Shown here: positions 1 through 9,934 of the stretch, one piece after another
Layout: each line of letters begins with the position of its first letter
How positions within the stretch are numbered: the stretch's first letter is position 1
Virus record (IMG/VR): IMGVR_UViG_3300008110_007658
Reading direction: 5' to 3' (one strand)
Length of the DNA stretch: 64,000 nt
Source: an uncultured virus (IMG/VR IMGVR_UViG_3300008110_007658)
Taxonomy: Duplodnaviria > Heunggongvirae > Uroviricota > Caudoviricetes
Position numbers and translations under genes: made by a program
Notes under the pieces: model-generated
Databases searched by the model: none
The model's input: only the letters and a program-made list of their open reading frames with translations
Told to the model about the DNA's origin: nothing

Positions 1-459
1 AAAAATGCTTTTACAAGTGGCGACTGCAGTATCTCCACCTCCAACCATAAGACAGTATCCACGATCCAAACCATAAACACCACCGCTAGTGCCACAATCA
101 ATATATTGGATACCCATCTTTGCCAGACGTTCTGCTCTCTTCCGACTGTCCTTAAAATTGCTATTGCCATGATCAATAATAATATCTCCTTCACCACAAT
201 ATCGTAGTAACTCATTAATCGTCTCCTCTACTGTTTCTGCAGGTACAACCATTTGAAAGATTCCTGGCTTATTCTGTCCCTTGACTACTTGAACAAGGCT
301 TTGTATTGAAGATGTAACTCCATTAACATATCCTTTTTCATATGCTTCTTGTGCTTTTTCATAATTTCTACGGTATCCCCAAACCTCTATTCCTGCCTTC
401 ATCATACGACGAGACATTCCTTCTCCCATTCGCCCTAGTCCAATCAATCCAACTTTCAT
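1..459 (-). CDS. gnd: 6-phosphogluconate dehydrogenase (5' part, runs off window)
   Basis: Manual translation MKVGLIGLGRMGEGMSRRM...IIDHGNSNFKDS...YIDCGTSGGVYG; Rossmann GLGRMG motif. Confidence 0.93.
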   Translation of the reverse strand, partial: MKVGLIGLGRMGEGMSRRMMKAGIEVWGYRRNYEKAQEAYEKGYVNGVTSSIQSLVQVVKGQNKPGIFQMVVPAETVEETINELLRYCGEGDIIIDHGNSNFKDSRKRAERLAKMGIQYIDCGTSGGVYGLDRGYCLMVGGGDTAVATCKSIF

Positions 460-662
460 TTTTCCCAATCCTCGTAAATTTTTCTAAAATACACATCAAC
501 TTTTGATAAACTATCCAAGTGAATATCACAAACATAATTATGGTCATCACACCATTGCAATGCAATTTCATGAAACTTTTCTTCACTCATAACTCGTTTG
601 ACGCCATACAATCTGGAAAATGATGACATCACAAAATGCCAACACTGATCTTCAGATTTCAT
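456..662 (-). CDS. hypothetical protein
   Basis: 68-aa ORF overlapping talC stop and gnd start. Confidence 0.6.
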   Translation of the reverse strand: MKSEDQCWHFVMSSFSRLYGVKRVMSEEKFHEIALQWCDDHNYVCDIHLDSLSKVDVYFRKIYEDWEK

Positions 663-1317
663 TTTTCTTATCTAGGACAGAATCCCAATCCTTCTGGAAA
701 AGTTCTAGACCTTTATCGGTCATAATGTTCTTATACATTGCCCAGAACACAACAGGAGGAATTGTAACTACATCTGCACCAGCAAGAGCAGATTGTTCTA
801 CTTGTCTAACATCACGAAGAGATGCAGCAAGAATTTGTGTAGATGTTCCTGAATAATCAAATGCCTTACGAATATTTTTAATCAACTCAATTCCATCAAT
901 TGAATTATCCATCCAACGACCAACAAATGGTGAGATGAATGTTGCTCCTGCTTTTGATGCAAGAATTGCCTGAGCGACTGAGAACACAAGAGTTACATTT
1001 GTTTTAATTCCTTTATCAGAAAGTTTCTTACAAACCTTAAGTCCTTCTACAGTACAAGGAACTTTGATTGTAACTGTAGGGGCGATTGTATAATAATTTT
1101 GTGCTTGTGAAAGCATTTCTTCAGCAGTATCAGCGACAACTTCTGCAGAAATACTTTCTAGTTTTGAAAAAGAATTTGATATTTCTTCAATAACTTCTTG
1201 AAGTTGCCTACCACTTTTAAGAATCAAAGTGGGATTTGTGGTAACTCCATCTAATAGTCCAGTCTCATATGCTGGACTAATCATTAAAACGTCGGCAGTA
1301 TCTAAAAAGATCTTCAT
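652..1317 (-). CDS. talC: transaldolase (TalC/FSA family)
   Basis: MKIFLDTAD, GVTTNPTLI, TIKVP, TNVTLVFS, ISPFVGR motifs. Confidence 0.96.
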   Translation of the reverse strand: MKIFLDTADVLMISPAYETGLLDGVTTNPTLILKSGRQLQEVIEEISNSFSKLESISAEVVADTAEEMLSQAQNYYTIAPTVTIKVPCTVEGLKVCKKLSDKGIKTNVTLVFSVAQAILASKAGATFISPFVGRWMDNSIDGIELIKNIRKAFDYSGTSTQILAASLRDVRQVEQSALAGADVVTIPPVVFWAMYKNIMTDKGLELFQKDWDSVLDKKNEI

Positions 1318-1391
1318 ATAAAAGTAAGAACTCATAAGTAATTATACGGAGTTCTTGTTGAGGTGTTAGATTTTGTTATGAATTAAAGATA

Positions 1392-1472
1392 TTATAGGTC
1401 TTGTGCGACAGACAATATAAACATAATAATACCAAAGAGTTCGAAGAGGAAGAGTATTAGAAGAAATGCCAT
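1392..1472 (-). CDS. small hydrophobic peptide
   Basis: MAFLLILLLFELFGIIMFILSVAQDL, read manually. Confidence 0.35.
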   Translation of the reverse strand: MAFLLILFLFELFGIIMFILSVAQDL

Positions 1473-1509
1473 AAAAAAAGGAGTCCTTTTGGAACTCCCT
1501 TATTTATTT

Positions 1510-2571
1510 TTAGAGTGCATTGCCTCTCGGAAGTACTTCCTCTGGGAACACAAAATTCTCATGAGGTTGATCTGCTGGTGCCATCCAAGCACGAAGTCCC
1601 TCATTAAGGAGGATATTTTTCGTGTAGAATGTTTCAAACTCAGGATCTTCAGCGGCACGAATCTCCTGACTTACAAAGTCGTAAGCACGAAGATTAAGAG
1701 CCAGACCAATGATACCAATGCTACTAGTCCATAACCCCATGACAGGTACAAACAGCATGAAAAAATGAAGCCAACGCTTATTACTAAAAGCAATGCCGAA
1801 AATCTGTGACCAAAAACGATTTGCTGTAACCATCGAATAGGTCTCTTCCTCTTGGGTTGGTTCAAATGCTTTGAATGTATTTGCTTGCTCACTATCCTCA
1901 AATAAAGTGTTTTCTACTGTTGCTCCGTGAATTGCACAGAGCAGTGCTCCTCCCAGTATACCAGCAACTCCCATCATATGAAAGGGGTTGAGGGTCCAGT
2001 TATGGAAACCTTGAAGGAATAGAAGGAACCTGAAGATAGCAGCAACACCAAATGAAGGTGCAAAGAACCAACTGGACTGACCCAGTGGATACATCAAGAA
2101 TACAGAAACAAATACTGCAATAGGACCAGAGAATGCGATTGCGTTATAAGGTCGGATACCTACAAGGCGGGCAATCTCAAACTGACGCAGCATAAATCCG
2201 ATCAGAGCGAAAGATCCGTGGAGTGCCACAAAAGGCCAGAGTCCCCCAAGTTGGAACCACCTGACGATATCCCCTTGAGCCTCAGGACCCCAGAGCAGAA
2301 GAAGAGAATGACCCATAGCGTCTGCTGGAGTACTAACTGCTGCAGTAAGAAAGTTTGCACCCTCAAGATAGGAACTTGCCAACCCGTGAGTATACCAACT
2401 CGTAACGAAAGTTGTCCCAGTAAGCCAACCACCAAGAGCAAGGTAAGCAGTGGGAAAAAGAAGAAGTCCAGACCAGCCAACAAAAACGAAACGGTCTCTC
2501 TTAAGCCAGTCATCGAGTACATCAAACCATCCTCTTTGTGAAATTGGTCGTGAAAGTGTTGAAGAAGTCAT
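1510..2571 (-). CDS. psbD: photosystem II D2 protein
   Basis: [14 protein letters not shown]...[10 protein letters not shown], full length 353 aa. Confidence 0.99.
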   Translation of the reverse strand: MTSSTLSRPISQRGWFDVLDDWLKRDRFVFVGWSGLLLFPTAYLALGGWLTGTTFVTSWYTHGLASSYLEGANFLTAAVSTPADAMGHSLLLLWGPEAQGDIVRWFQLGGLWPFVALHGSFALIGFMLRQFEIARLVGIRPYNAIAFSGPIAVFVSVFLMYPLGQSSWFFAPSFGVAAIFRFLLFLQGFHNWTLNPFHMMGVAGILGGALLCAIHGATVENTLFEDSEQANTFKAFEPTQEEETYSMVTANRFWSQIFGIAFSNKRWLHFFMLFVPVMGLWTSSIGIIGLALNLRAYDFVSQEIRAAEDPEFETFYTKNILLNEGLRAWMAPADQPHENFVFPEEVLPRGNAL

Positions 2572-2596
2572 AACCTCCTATGTATTTCTCATATTT

Positions 2597-2625
2597 ATCT
2601 TAACACTCCTTAACAAAGAGGTCAA
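2597..2625 (-). promoter_or_regulatory. sigma70-type promoter for psbD, overlapping late-like ATAAATA
   Basis: TTGACC-17-TAAGAT. Confidence 0.6.
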
Positions 2626-2638
2626 TAAGTGTTTCTAC

Positions 2639-2758
2639 TCATTCATAAATCATTCCAACGGTCAGTAAGACAAAGCAAAGTATCGTGAATACCATAAGTC
2701 CTATACCTGCCCAGATTATCCACTCAGGCATCTTTTCGTATTCAGTATTATGAGACAT
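2639..2758 (-). CDS. small single-pass membrane protein
   Basis: MSHNTEYEKMPEWIIWAGIGLMVFTILCFVLLTVGMIYE, overlaps endonuclease stop. Confidence 0.5.
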   Translation of the reverse strand: MSHNTEYEKMPEWIIWAGIGLMVFTILCFVLLTVGMIYE

Positions 2759-3188
2759 TGTTTTTATGCTTTTTGACATATTCAATCATATTCCCAATCA
2801 ATTCAACATCTTCATTAACATATCCAATTGTCCTATTACAAACATTGCAAAGAAGTCCCCTAACCTCACCAGTTTTATGATTGTGGTCAACATAGAAAAC
2901 ATCTACTCCTCCACCTCTACCAGATTTTCTACCTTTTGGGTCGGTAGATTTGCAAATAGCACACCTATGTCCTTGTTTCTCTAAAAGAATATTATATTCT
3001 TGAATACCAATACCATAAACTCTTTTCAAGTTTTCATCTCTTTTTTTGATAGGGTCATAATTCTCTTGTTGTTTTTTTACATAACAAGATTTACATTTGC
3101 CGTGATGACCATAGGGTTTCCCATTCCTTACAGTTTGATAAAACTCTGTAAGTGGTTTTTGTTGATTGCAGATTTTACAAGTTTTCAT
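2748..3188 (-). mobile_element. free-standing Endonuclease VII-family homing endonuclease (F-CphI-like)
   Basis: CxxC motifs, QGHRCAIC...VDHNHKTGEVRGLLCNVCN; located directly downstream of psbA. Confidence 0.88.
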
Positions 3189-3240
3189 AATCGTTTTAGA
3201 TATTAAAGTTATTATAGCATAACTTCAACTATTTAGCAAC

Positions 3241-3263
3241 AAAAAAGGGTCCCGAAGGACCCT
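3241..3263 (-). terminator. rho-independent terminator after psbA
   Basis: AGGGTCC-TTCG-GGACCCT followed by T-run. Confidence 0.8.
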
Positions 3264-3284
3264 CATTTTAATAAGAATTGCTTA

Positions 3285-4367
3285 TCAACCAATGGAAGGT
3301 GCAGTCAAGGCAACAGGGGTTGCTTCGGCAGCAGCAAGGTCCAATGGAAAATTATGGGCGTTTCTCTCATGCATCACTTCCATTCCAAGTCCAGCACGAT
3401 TAAGGACATCCGCCCAAGTATTAATTACTTGACCTTGATTATCCAGAATACTCTGGTTGAAATTCAGTCCGTTGAGATTAAAAGCCATCGTAGAAACACC
3501 AAGAGCGGTGAACCAGATGCCTACAACGGGCCAAGCAGCAAGGAAGAAGTGCAGTGAACGTGAGTTATTGAAGGAAGCATATTGGAAAATAAGGCGTCCA
3601 AAATAACCGTGAGCAGCAACGATGTTATAAGTCTCTTCTTCTTGTCCGAACTTGTAACCATAGTTCTGTGACTCATTCTCAGTGGTTTCACGAACCAGAG
3701 AGGAAGTAACTAGAGAACCGTGCATAGCAGAGAACAGAGAACCACCGAACACACCAGCAACACCAAGCATATGGAAAGGGTGCATCAGAATGTTATGCTC
3801 TGCCTGGAACACAAGCATATAGTTGAACGTACCAGAGATACCCAGGGGCATTGCATCAGAGAAAGAACCTTGACCGAAAGGATAGACCAGGAATACAGCA
3901 GATGCAGCAGCAACAGGAGCACTGTAAGCAACCATAATCCAAGGACGCATACCTAGACGGTAAGAGAGTTCCCATTCACGACCCATATAGCAGTAGATGC
4001 CAATGAGGAAGTGGAAGACAACAAGTTGGAAAGGTCCACCATTGTAAAGCCATTCATCAAGAGAAGCAGCTTCCCAGATGGGATAGAAGTGAAGTCCGAT
4101 TGCGTTAGAAGAAGGAATAACAGCACCAGAGATGATGTTGTTTCCGTACATCAGAGAACCAGCAACTGGTTCACGAATGCCATCAATGTCCACAGGGGGA
4201 GCACCGATGAATGCGATGATGAAACAAGTAGCAGCAGCAAGCAGCGTTGGGATCATCAGAACACCGAACCAACCAACATAAAGACGGTTATCGGTTGAAG
4301 TTACCCAGTTACAGAATTGTTCCCAGGTATTTTCGCCAGAACGGCGTGAAGCGATTGAAGCAGTCAT
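3285..4367 (-). CDS. psbA: photosystem II D1 protein, intronless
   Basis: [14 protein letters not shown]...[13 protein letters not shown], 360 aa. Confidence 0.99.
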   Translation of the reverse strand: MTASIASRRSGENTWEQFCNWVTSTDNRLYVGWFGVLMIPTLLAAATCFIIAFIGAPPVDIDGIREPVAGSLMYGNNIISGAVIPSSNAIGLHFYPIWEAASLDEWLYNGGPFQLVVFHFLIGIYCYMGREWELSYRLGMRPWIMVAYSAPVAAASAVFLVYPFGQGSFSDAMPLGISGTFNYMLVFQAEHNILMHPFHMLGVAGVFGGSLFSAMHGSLVTSSLVRETTENESQNYGYKFGQEEETYNIVAAHGYFGRLIFQYASFNNSRSLHFFLAAWPVVGIWFTALGVSTMAFNLNGLNFNQSILDNQGQVINTWADVLNRAGLGMEVMHERNAHNFPLDLAAAEATPVALTAPSIG

Positions 4368-4384
4368 TTGTTTAAAAGGGTAAG

Positions 4385-4490
4385 TAAAAGTCCAGGGGGG
4401 ACTGGATGGTTACAGTATATCCCACAACACCCTCCATTGTGGGTATGAGAGACGTTTTTATACACCCCATAGGTCTCGGTTAATGGGTGT
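4385..4490 (-). ncRNA. structured psbA 5' leader, PhotoRC-II-like motif
   Basis: CCCAT/ATGGG stem, GAGAC/GTCTC pseudoknot pairing, CCCACAAT-GGAGGGT-GTTGTGGG hairpin; position upstream of phage psbA. Confidence 0.65.
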
Positions 4491-4540
4491 TTGACAATGT
4501 TAAGAATTATGTGAATTCCGTAACATTTGTTTACCTATTT

Positions 4541-4569
4541 ATCATAGCACGGTCTCTCGTCAGCGTCAA
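4541..4569 (-). promoter_or_regulatory. sigma70-type promoter for psbA, overlapping late-like ATAAATA
   Basis: TTGACG-17-TATGAT. Confidence 0.7.
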
Positions 4570-4628
4570 GCCCCCATATGGGAGTATCTTGCTAAATACT
4601 TGTAGTGTTTATCACAAAAATAAGAAAA

Positions 4629-5114
4629 ATGAAAAGACTTCTATTAGCCTTTTCGTTATTCTTTGTTACTCCTGTAAGTGCTGCTGAAATTACATCAAGA
4701 ATTACTGATTCTGTTCAACTTGGTGTTCAGGGTGCTGCGGTACAATCAACTCGAATTGGAGCATCATACTCTACTTCTGGAACAAATGTTGAATTCAGCG
4801 GTCAAAACACAAGTTTTGGTCTAAGTCAAACTGGTGGATATAGTGATGCCACACCAACTATCGATACTCCAGGTCAAGCATTTAGTTTCTCAGAAACTTT
4901 CAATGCTGCTGATACAGCAGTCACCTCTCAGTCGGTTAGTGGTGGAGTTATTGCTTCTCCCAACCTTTATGGGGATAGTGTTACTCAGTTAGCAGGAGAC
5001 AAGGGTTCTCTTGCTGGTACTTTATCACCTACTGGTGTTCCTACTGTAACTGCTGGTGGTCCTGGAACTACCGCAACTGCACAGCGTAGTATAGAACTGA
5101 GTGTATTCAAATGA
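4629..5114 (+). CDS. hypothetical exported Ser/Thr/Gly-rich protein
   Basis: Signal peptide MKRLLLAFSLFFVTPVSA; late-like CTAAATA upstream. Confidence 0.75.
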   Translation: MKRLLLAFSLFFVTPVSAAEITSRITDSVQLGVQGAAVQSTRIGASYSTSGTNVEFSGQNTSFGLSQTGGYSDATPTIDTPGQAFSFSETFNAADTAVTSQSVSGGVIASPNLYGDSVTQLAGDKGSLAGTLSPTGVPTVTAGGPGTTATAQRSIELSVFK

Positions 5115-5470
5115 GACATATCCTAGCAGGTTTATTCCTGCTAGGGTTTTCTTGTCCTGCCCTAGCAGAATCCGTCGTGCCTAATTTTACCAGAGGCACC
5201 ATTACGGCAACAACAGAATCAACAACAAAAGTTATAGAAGCTATACGCCAGGTGGAATACACAACTGGCACATCTTATACTGTGACTGGAACTAATATTA
5301 ACATTCCTGGCACTCCTCAACAAGGAGCAAACTACAGTATTATGAATCAAGGTGGCGCATTCCAGTTTAGTGAGACTTATCTCGGCCCTGGAGTGGCTAA
5401 AGAAACATGGATAGATCGCACAACCGAAACTCAATCTACTACAAACTCGGTTTCAGTCTTTACTCAATAG
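5111..5470 (+). CDS. hypothetical exported protein
   Basis: Signal peptide ending ALA; ATGA coupling to upstream gene. Confidence 0.75.
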   Translation: MRHILAGLFLLGFSCPALAESVVPNFTRGTITATTESTTKVIEAIRQVEYTTGTSYTVTGTNINIPGTPQQGANYSIMNQGGAFQFSETYLGPGVAKETWIDRTTETQSTTNSVSVFTQ

Positions 5471-6009
5471 TGATAAGTTCTGGAGTTGCCTTTGGACAAG
5501 CAGCTCCAGCACCAAGTAATACCAACATTGCAGGTCCATCAGCATCTGCTACTGGCAATGTTACTAATCAAGCAGTGCAGGTATTGCAAGGTCCTTATGC
5601 AGTTAATACTTACGGTAATGGAGTGTCTTGCCAAGGAGCAACATTCTCTCTATCCCCATTCGCATTAAAAAGTGGAAATGGTAGTGATGACCCAGATACA
5701 TTTGCTTCCAGAAATCATAACTGGGGCGTCTCTGCTGGTATCAATATTCCTCTTGATGGTGGATTGATGGAATTATGTAAAGAAAGAGCACGAACAGAAA
5801 TTGTCAGACAGAAAGCAGAAACAGACAAATCAAGATTAGATTTTGAACTTGTTAGATTACTTAAATGTGGTGAAGCAATTAAATCTGGAATATCATTTCA
5901 CCCAGCCAGTCCATATTACAAAGTTTGTGCAGATATAGTTGTAAAATATCCACAACCAATAAATATATCGTTACCCGAACAACAGAGCGATGGCAAAGTC
6001 AGCAAATAA
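5407..6009 (+). CDS. hypothetical exported Cys-containing protein (start uncertain)
   Basis: 200-aa ORF with hydrophobic N-terminal stretch and 4 Cys. Confidence 0.7.
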   Translation: MDRSHNRNSIYYKLGFSLYSIVISSGVAFGQAAPAPSNTNIAGPSASATGNVTNQAVQVLQGPYAVNTYGNGVSCQGATFSLSPFALKSGNGSDDPDTFASRNHNWGVSAGINIPLDGGLMELCKERARTEIVRQKAETDKSRLDFELVRLLKCGEAIKSGISFHPASPYYKVCADIVVKYPQPINISLPEQQSDGKVSK

Positions 6010-6103
6010 AGGTAAGAAAGGTTCTGCTGGCGGAAAACAATCGAAACAAAACCAAGGCAATGCAACTGCCAAGAAAGCAAAGAATGGTGGCAAGAAAAAG
6101 TGA
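5990..6103 (+). CDS. small Lys/Gly-rich basic protein
   Basis: MAKSANKGKKGSAGGKQSKQNQGNATAKKAKNGGKKK, read manually. Confidence 0.5.
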   Translation: MAKSANKGKKGSAGGKQSKQNQGNATAKKAKNGGKKK

Positions 6104-6109
6104 GGATGT

Positions 6110-6310
6110 ATGCCAAGAGAGTGGAACACTCCAAAACGTGAATGTTGGAACGCTCCAATTCATAAAATACTTGGTGCAATAGATAATCACACACGTCTTC
6201 ATTTAGAAACTGGTGATTACTGGCACGAAGAACAAGCACAGATTTTAAGAAAGTACGTTAAAGATTTAAAAGTCTGGATTCATAAACAAGAAGGAGTTTG
6301 GAATGAATAA
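6110..6310 (+). CDS. hypothetical protein
   Basis: 66-aa ORF in tight operon. Confidence 0.65.
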   Translation: MPREWNTPKRECWNAPIHKILGAIDNHTRLHLETGDYWHEEQAQILRKYVKDLKVWIHKQEGVWNE

Positions 6311-6515
6311 ACTTTCATTAGCATTATCAGTATTAAGTTTGTCGATTAGTGGTGCTCTTTGTGTAGGTGCTTATATTACTTACCAAAAGGCACAAAAGAT
6401 TTTAGACAATCCAGAAGCATTTGTTGGTGCTGTTGTAGAGAAGCAGGTCAACAAAGCATTTGAGAAATTGCCCATCCCCAAACTAAATACTGGGAGTATT
6501 AAGTTTCCTTTCTAA
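6303..6515 (+). CDS. hypothetical membrane-anchored protein
   Basis: N-terminal TM helix. Confidence 0.65.
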   Translation: MNKLSLALSVLSLSISGALCVGAYITYQKAQKILDNPEAFVGAVVEKQVNKAFEKLPIPKLNTGSIKFPF

Positions 6516-6928
6516 TGGACAATAAAGATCCTTATATCTATAGAATACGTCAAATTCATAAGGTTGTAGATGGCGACACTATTGACGCTGACATTGATTT
6601 GGGTTTTGATATCTCCCTTACTAAGCGAATTCGTCTTGCTGGTGTCGATACCCCAGAAAGTCGCACAGCAGATGCGAACGAAAAGAAATACGGACTTGAA
6701 TCAAAAGAATGGTTGAAGCATCGTTGTGAAGGTGCTAAGAACATTCTCATCAAGACTGAACTTCCAGATTCCACAGAAAAGTATGGAAGAATCATTGGAC
6801 ATCTGTTTATTAACGATGAACCAACATCACTGAATGAGCAAATGATTGTTTCCGGATATGCTTGGGAATACGATGGTGGCACAAAGAAGAAGAACTTTGC
6901 TGAACTTGACGCAAAGCGTAAGAAGTGA
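6515..6928 (+). CDS. thermonuclease (SNase-like) family nuclease
   Basis: KVVDGDTI, RIRLAGVDTPE, EKYGRIIG, GYAWEY motifs. Confidence 0.92.
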   Translation: MDNKDPYIYRIRQIHKVVDGDTIDADIDLGFDISLTKRIRLAGVDTPESRTADANEKKYGLESKEWLKHRCEGAKNILIKTELPDSTEKYGRIIGHLFINDEPTSLNEQMIVSGYAWEYDGGTKKKNFAELDAKRKK

Positions 6929-7128
6929 TTTACTTTAATATTGTTAGACTATTCTTAATCATTTGGAGTGCTTGTATGATTTCTGCTGTGGAATCTGTTG
7001 CGATTCGTACAGAAGGACAAGTGGAACTTGAAAGTACAAGTAGAGATGCATATGCAAAAGTTCTTGTACTTGCTGTTGGTTCTTTTCTTGGTGATGCTGC
7101 TTTTAAGTTAAAGAAAACTCAAAAATGA
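6925..7128 (+). CDS. hypothetical membrane protein
   Basis: 67-aa ORF with two hydrophobic segments. Confidence 0.55.
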   Translation: MIYFNIVRLFLIIWSACMISAVESVAIRTEGQVELESTSRDAYAKVLVLAVGSFLGDAAFKLKKTQK

Positions 7129-7319
7129 AAAGAATAGTCTTACAACTACTAATTCTAGCAAGACTTCTAACTCACGATGGAATAATGCTTGAAAATAGAA
7201 GACCTATTCCTAACAAGCAACCGCCAGAAATTATTAGATTTATTAGACGCCCCGCAAGAAGGGGAAGAAAAAAATCTAAAATGATAGACGGGCTGCCAGT
7301 TTTTTGGCAATCTTTTTAG
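7125..7319 (+). CDS. hypothetical protein
   Basis: 64-aa ORF coupled to upstream gene. Confidence 0.45.
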   Translation: MKRIVLQLLILARLLTHDGIMLENRRPIPNKQPPEIIRFIRRPARRGRKKSKMIDGLPVFWQSF

Positions 7320-8169
7320 CAGGGGCATAGAGAGACTTAAATCTTTCTTGCCCTTCTTTTGTGAATTTATCTTTGATTACATCATCAATAATAATCTTAT
7401 TTTCAATTTCATATAATACATTCTTTTCTACTTCATCACGAAGGTATTGCTCCACATTAGATGTTTGGGCAATTAGGCGTGTTCCTTCTGATGAGTATTC
7501 AAATATATCAATATGTCCACCTTCTGCCATAACATAATGCAGAACAGGTTTAACTTGTTTGATTTTAATCTTGAACTTATTTTTTGTTGCTTCTTTAATA
7601 AATGGTTCAGCAGCATTTTTGAGAACATTAAGAACTGCTGATGATGCCATCGTAGCGGCAGTTGTTACTACTGCGACAGCACCAGCCGTAGCAACAAGAG
7701 AAGGGTCAGGTAAATTAATATTGACACCATAAACACTAAAGGTTGGTGTTGTTGGTTTATCTGCTGGTATCTCAGCAATCGGCGCTTGAACAGGGGGGGT
7801 TTGGGCAACCTGAGGCACTTGAGGAGGGGAGTCAGGCAAACCCCTACTCTTCTCTTGCTGAGATTGCTGCTCCTGCTGTTTTTGTGCCTTTACAGAAGCA
7901 TCAAACTCTGCCTGGGTAGGAACATTAATAATTGGATACTTTAAAGAAGGATCTGGTGCTTCAAATATTGGAAGTTCCAGACCCCTTGTAATAGGAAGTT
8001 GAAACCTAGACTCTACCGACTGGGACGGTATTATTGGTTTCGGTATCTCCTGAATCACAGTTTGGGCAAGATGCCTCTGCGATATCTGCTGGAGGTTCTG
8101 GTTCTGGAGTTGGTTCAACTGCGGTGATTGCAGGTTGGGAATTTGGTTTGGCATCGTCGTCCTTGTCAT
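7276..8169 (-). CDS. hypothetical Pro/Gln-rich membrane protein (start uncertain)
   Basis: 297-aa ORF with central hydrophobic helix. Confidence 0.7.
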   Translation of the reverse strand: MTRTTMPNQIPNLQSPQLNQLQNQNLQQISQRHLAQTVIQEIPKPIIPSQSVESRFQLPITRGLELPIFEAPDPSLKYPIINVPTQAEFDASVKAQKQQEQQSQQEKSRGLPDSPPQVPQVAQTPPVQAPIAEIPADKPTTPTFSVYGVNINLPDPSLVATAGAVAVVTTAATMASSAVLNVLKNAAEPFIKEATKNKFKIKIKQVKPVLHYVMAEGGHIDIFEYSSEGTRLIAQTSNVEQYLRDEVEKNVLYEIENKIIIDDVIKDKFTKEGQERFKSLYAPAKKIAKKLAARLSF

Positions 8170-8359
8170 CTCCCTTCTTCAAGGTATCAACTCCAAAGGT
8201 TGCTGCAGCAGCGGTGAATACTGTAGCAATAAATGTAGGGTCCATCTTGGCAAGAAGACCAGCATAACTAGCAGTAAGAAGAGCAGCACTCCAACTTAAA
8301 ACTGTAATCCTAACGATGGTGCTCATACATTTGTCCTTTTTTTGTGATTGTTCTGACAT
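8006..8359 (-). CDS. two-TM membrane protein (possible holin)
   Basis: Two hydrophobic helices, acidic tail, directly downstream of lysin genes. Confidence 0.55.
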   Translation of the reverse strand: MSEQSQKKDKCMSTIVRITVLSWSAALLTASYAGLLAKMDPTFIATVFTAAAATFGVDTLKKGDDKDDDAKPNSQPAITAVEPTPEPEPPADIAEASCPNCDSGDTETNNTVPVGRV

Positions 8360-8383
8360 TGTTGGTAAGTTAGGTAAGTAAGT

Positions 8384-9100
8384 TTACTTAATAACTTCAC
8401 AGCAACGAGCATAGTATTTCTTACGGTCATCTAGACCGTTGTATCCACCGTTGACTCTTTTTGTAACTTGATCGACACTTGGGTTTGAATCACATAAAGC
8501 ATTCATATTATTATTATGCCACCAGAACCCAGCTGATGTCATAGGATACTTATTAGCAACGTAGGAAACTCCTTCCATTACTTTAGGATCCTTGATATAA
8601 TTTGCAAATGCCTGATAGTTTGCACGTCCGGTCATCTGGATATATCCGGCACCCTTGAACCTCTTTCCGTCACCAGATTGAGTATTTCCAAGATCAGAAC
8701 GACCTTCATAGTCAGCACCGGATGCTAACTCTTCTTTATATCTTCCACCACCACTTTCATGAGAAATTTGTGAAAGGAAGTGTCTGATACGAACTGGTGT
8801 ATTGATCTTAAAGAAACTAAGACCACTATTCATTTCAGCAACTTCTGCATCGGTGATGAGATTTTCACCACAGTTCCAAATATAAGCAAGTTGCTTTTTG
8901 GATACTAGTTGTTCGCCACCACCACCTGAAGATGCAGGAGCAGAGGCACTAGTCTTTTTTCTGTAAATCTCTGCCCAATCTACTTTATCTTCAAGATACT
9001 TAACTGGTAGGTTATCTTCTAACCACTGAACTGCTTTTACATGATTGGGGTTCTTTTCATCATAAAATTTGAAAAAGTTATGTAAATCTATTTTTGCCAT
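8384..9100 (-). CDS. GH19-family endolysin with N-terminal accessory domain
   Basis: [40 protein letters not shown] motifs. Confidence 0.9.
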   Translation of the reverse strand: MAKIDLHNFFKFYDEKNPNHVKAVQWLEDNLPVKYLEDKVDWAEIYRKKTSASAPASSGGGGEQLVSKKQLAYIWNCGENLITDAEVAEMNSGLSFFKINTPVRIRHFLSQISHESGGGRYKEELASGADYEGRSDLGNTQSGDGKRFKGAGYIQMTGRANYQAFANYIKDPKVMEGVSYVANKYPMTSAGFWWHNNNMNALCDSNPSVDQVTKRVNGGYNGLDDRKKYYARCCEVIK

Positions 9101-9227
9101 TGTCGTCTCCAAAGTATTTGTTGAAAAGTTCAGAAGCTTCTTTGTGCTTCCCACGGTTTGTAAGATCTTTTACAATCTTTAAAATTTTTGCTTTAAATCT
9201 AGTTGAAGATTCTTCCCCACCCATCAT
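9078..9227 (-). CDS. small hypothetical protein
   Basis: [17 protein letters not shown]..., bridges the two lysin genes. Confidence 0.4.
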   Translation of the reverse strand: MMGGEESSTRFKAKILKIVKDLTNRGKHKEASELFNKYFGDDNGKNRFT

Positions 9228-9870
9228 TACCTCCTGGGCACCAGCGATGCTTAAGCATTGCTTTTGTGTAAATGGTTTTCTTACCATTTGTTACTGGACC
9301 AGTGTAGTTGTCATTACATGAACCATATGGGTCATTACAGTAATACCCCTTACCGTCTGGAGTCTTACCAATGACTACAACCATGTGCCCACCAGTAGGT
9401 GCAGATAAAGAACCCCTATGTAGGATACCAATAACAACAGGTTTCCCAGCATCAAGACTCTTATCAATGTCAGCAAAAGAAAGATTGTAACTGAAGTGTG
9501 ACTTAACTCCATAAGCTTCCAGAACTCTTGTCTGTACAGCGTGGTCAGTTGTGTCACCAATCTCAAATACTTTCTTAACGTATTCGTCATCGCCCTTAAT
9601 AGACCCTGGCTTCAGGAAAGCAAGGCACATTGCACAGGATGAAGAGTTACACGTTCTATGTGCATCTCTATAGTTATCTACTTGATTAAAATATGGGACA
9701 TCGAGCACTGCTGGAGTTGGTGGTTTTGTTCTGTAAATACCAATCCAGTCAGTCTCCGAGTCATCTAAAAATTGTGTAGGAAGATTATCTTCCAACCATT
9801 GAACTGCTGCCACATGATTCGCGTTACCATCGTCATAATATTTAAAGAAGTTATGAAGATCTAACGTCAT
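9199..9870 (-). CDS. peptidase C39-like protein with N-terminal accessory domain
   Basis: LDVPYFNQ, CNSSSCAM, GGHMVVVIG, NDPYG (Cys-His-Asp). Confidence 0.88.
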   Translation of the reverse strand: MTLDLHNFFKYYDDGNANHVAAVQWLEDNLPTQFLDDSETDWIGIYRTKPPTPAVLDVPYFNQVDNYRDAHRTCNSSSCAMCLAFLKPGSIKGDDEYVKKVFEIGDTTDHAVQTRVLEAYGVKSHFSYNLSFADIDKSLDAGKPVVIGILHRGSLSAPTGGHMVVVIGKTPDGKGYYCNDPYGSCNDNYTGPVTNGKKTIYTKAMLKHRWCPGGNDGWGRIFN

Positions 9871-9934
9871 TGTTTTTGTATAAACACTGAATATATTTAT
9901 TAAAAAAGCGTCCTTTCGGACGCTTTGATTATAT

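Noticed and set aside
3285..4367. Group I intron in psbA
   Set aside because: ORF is continuous and full length
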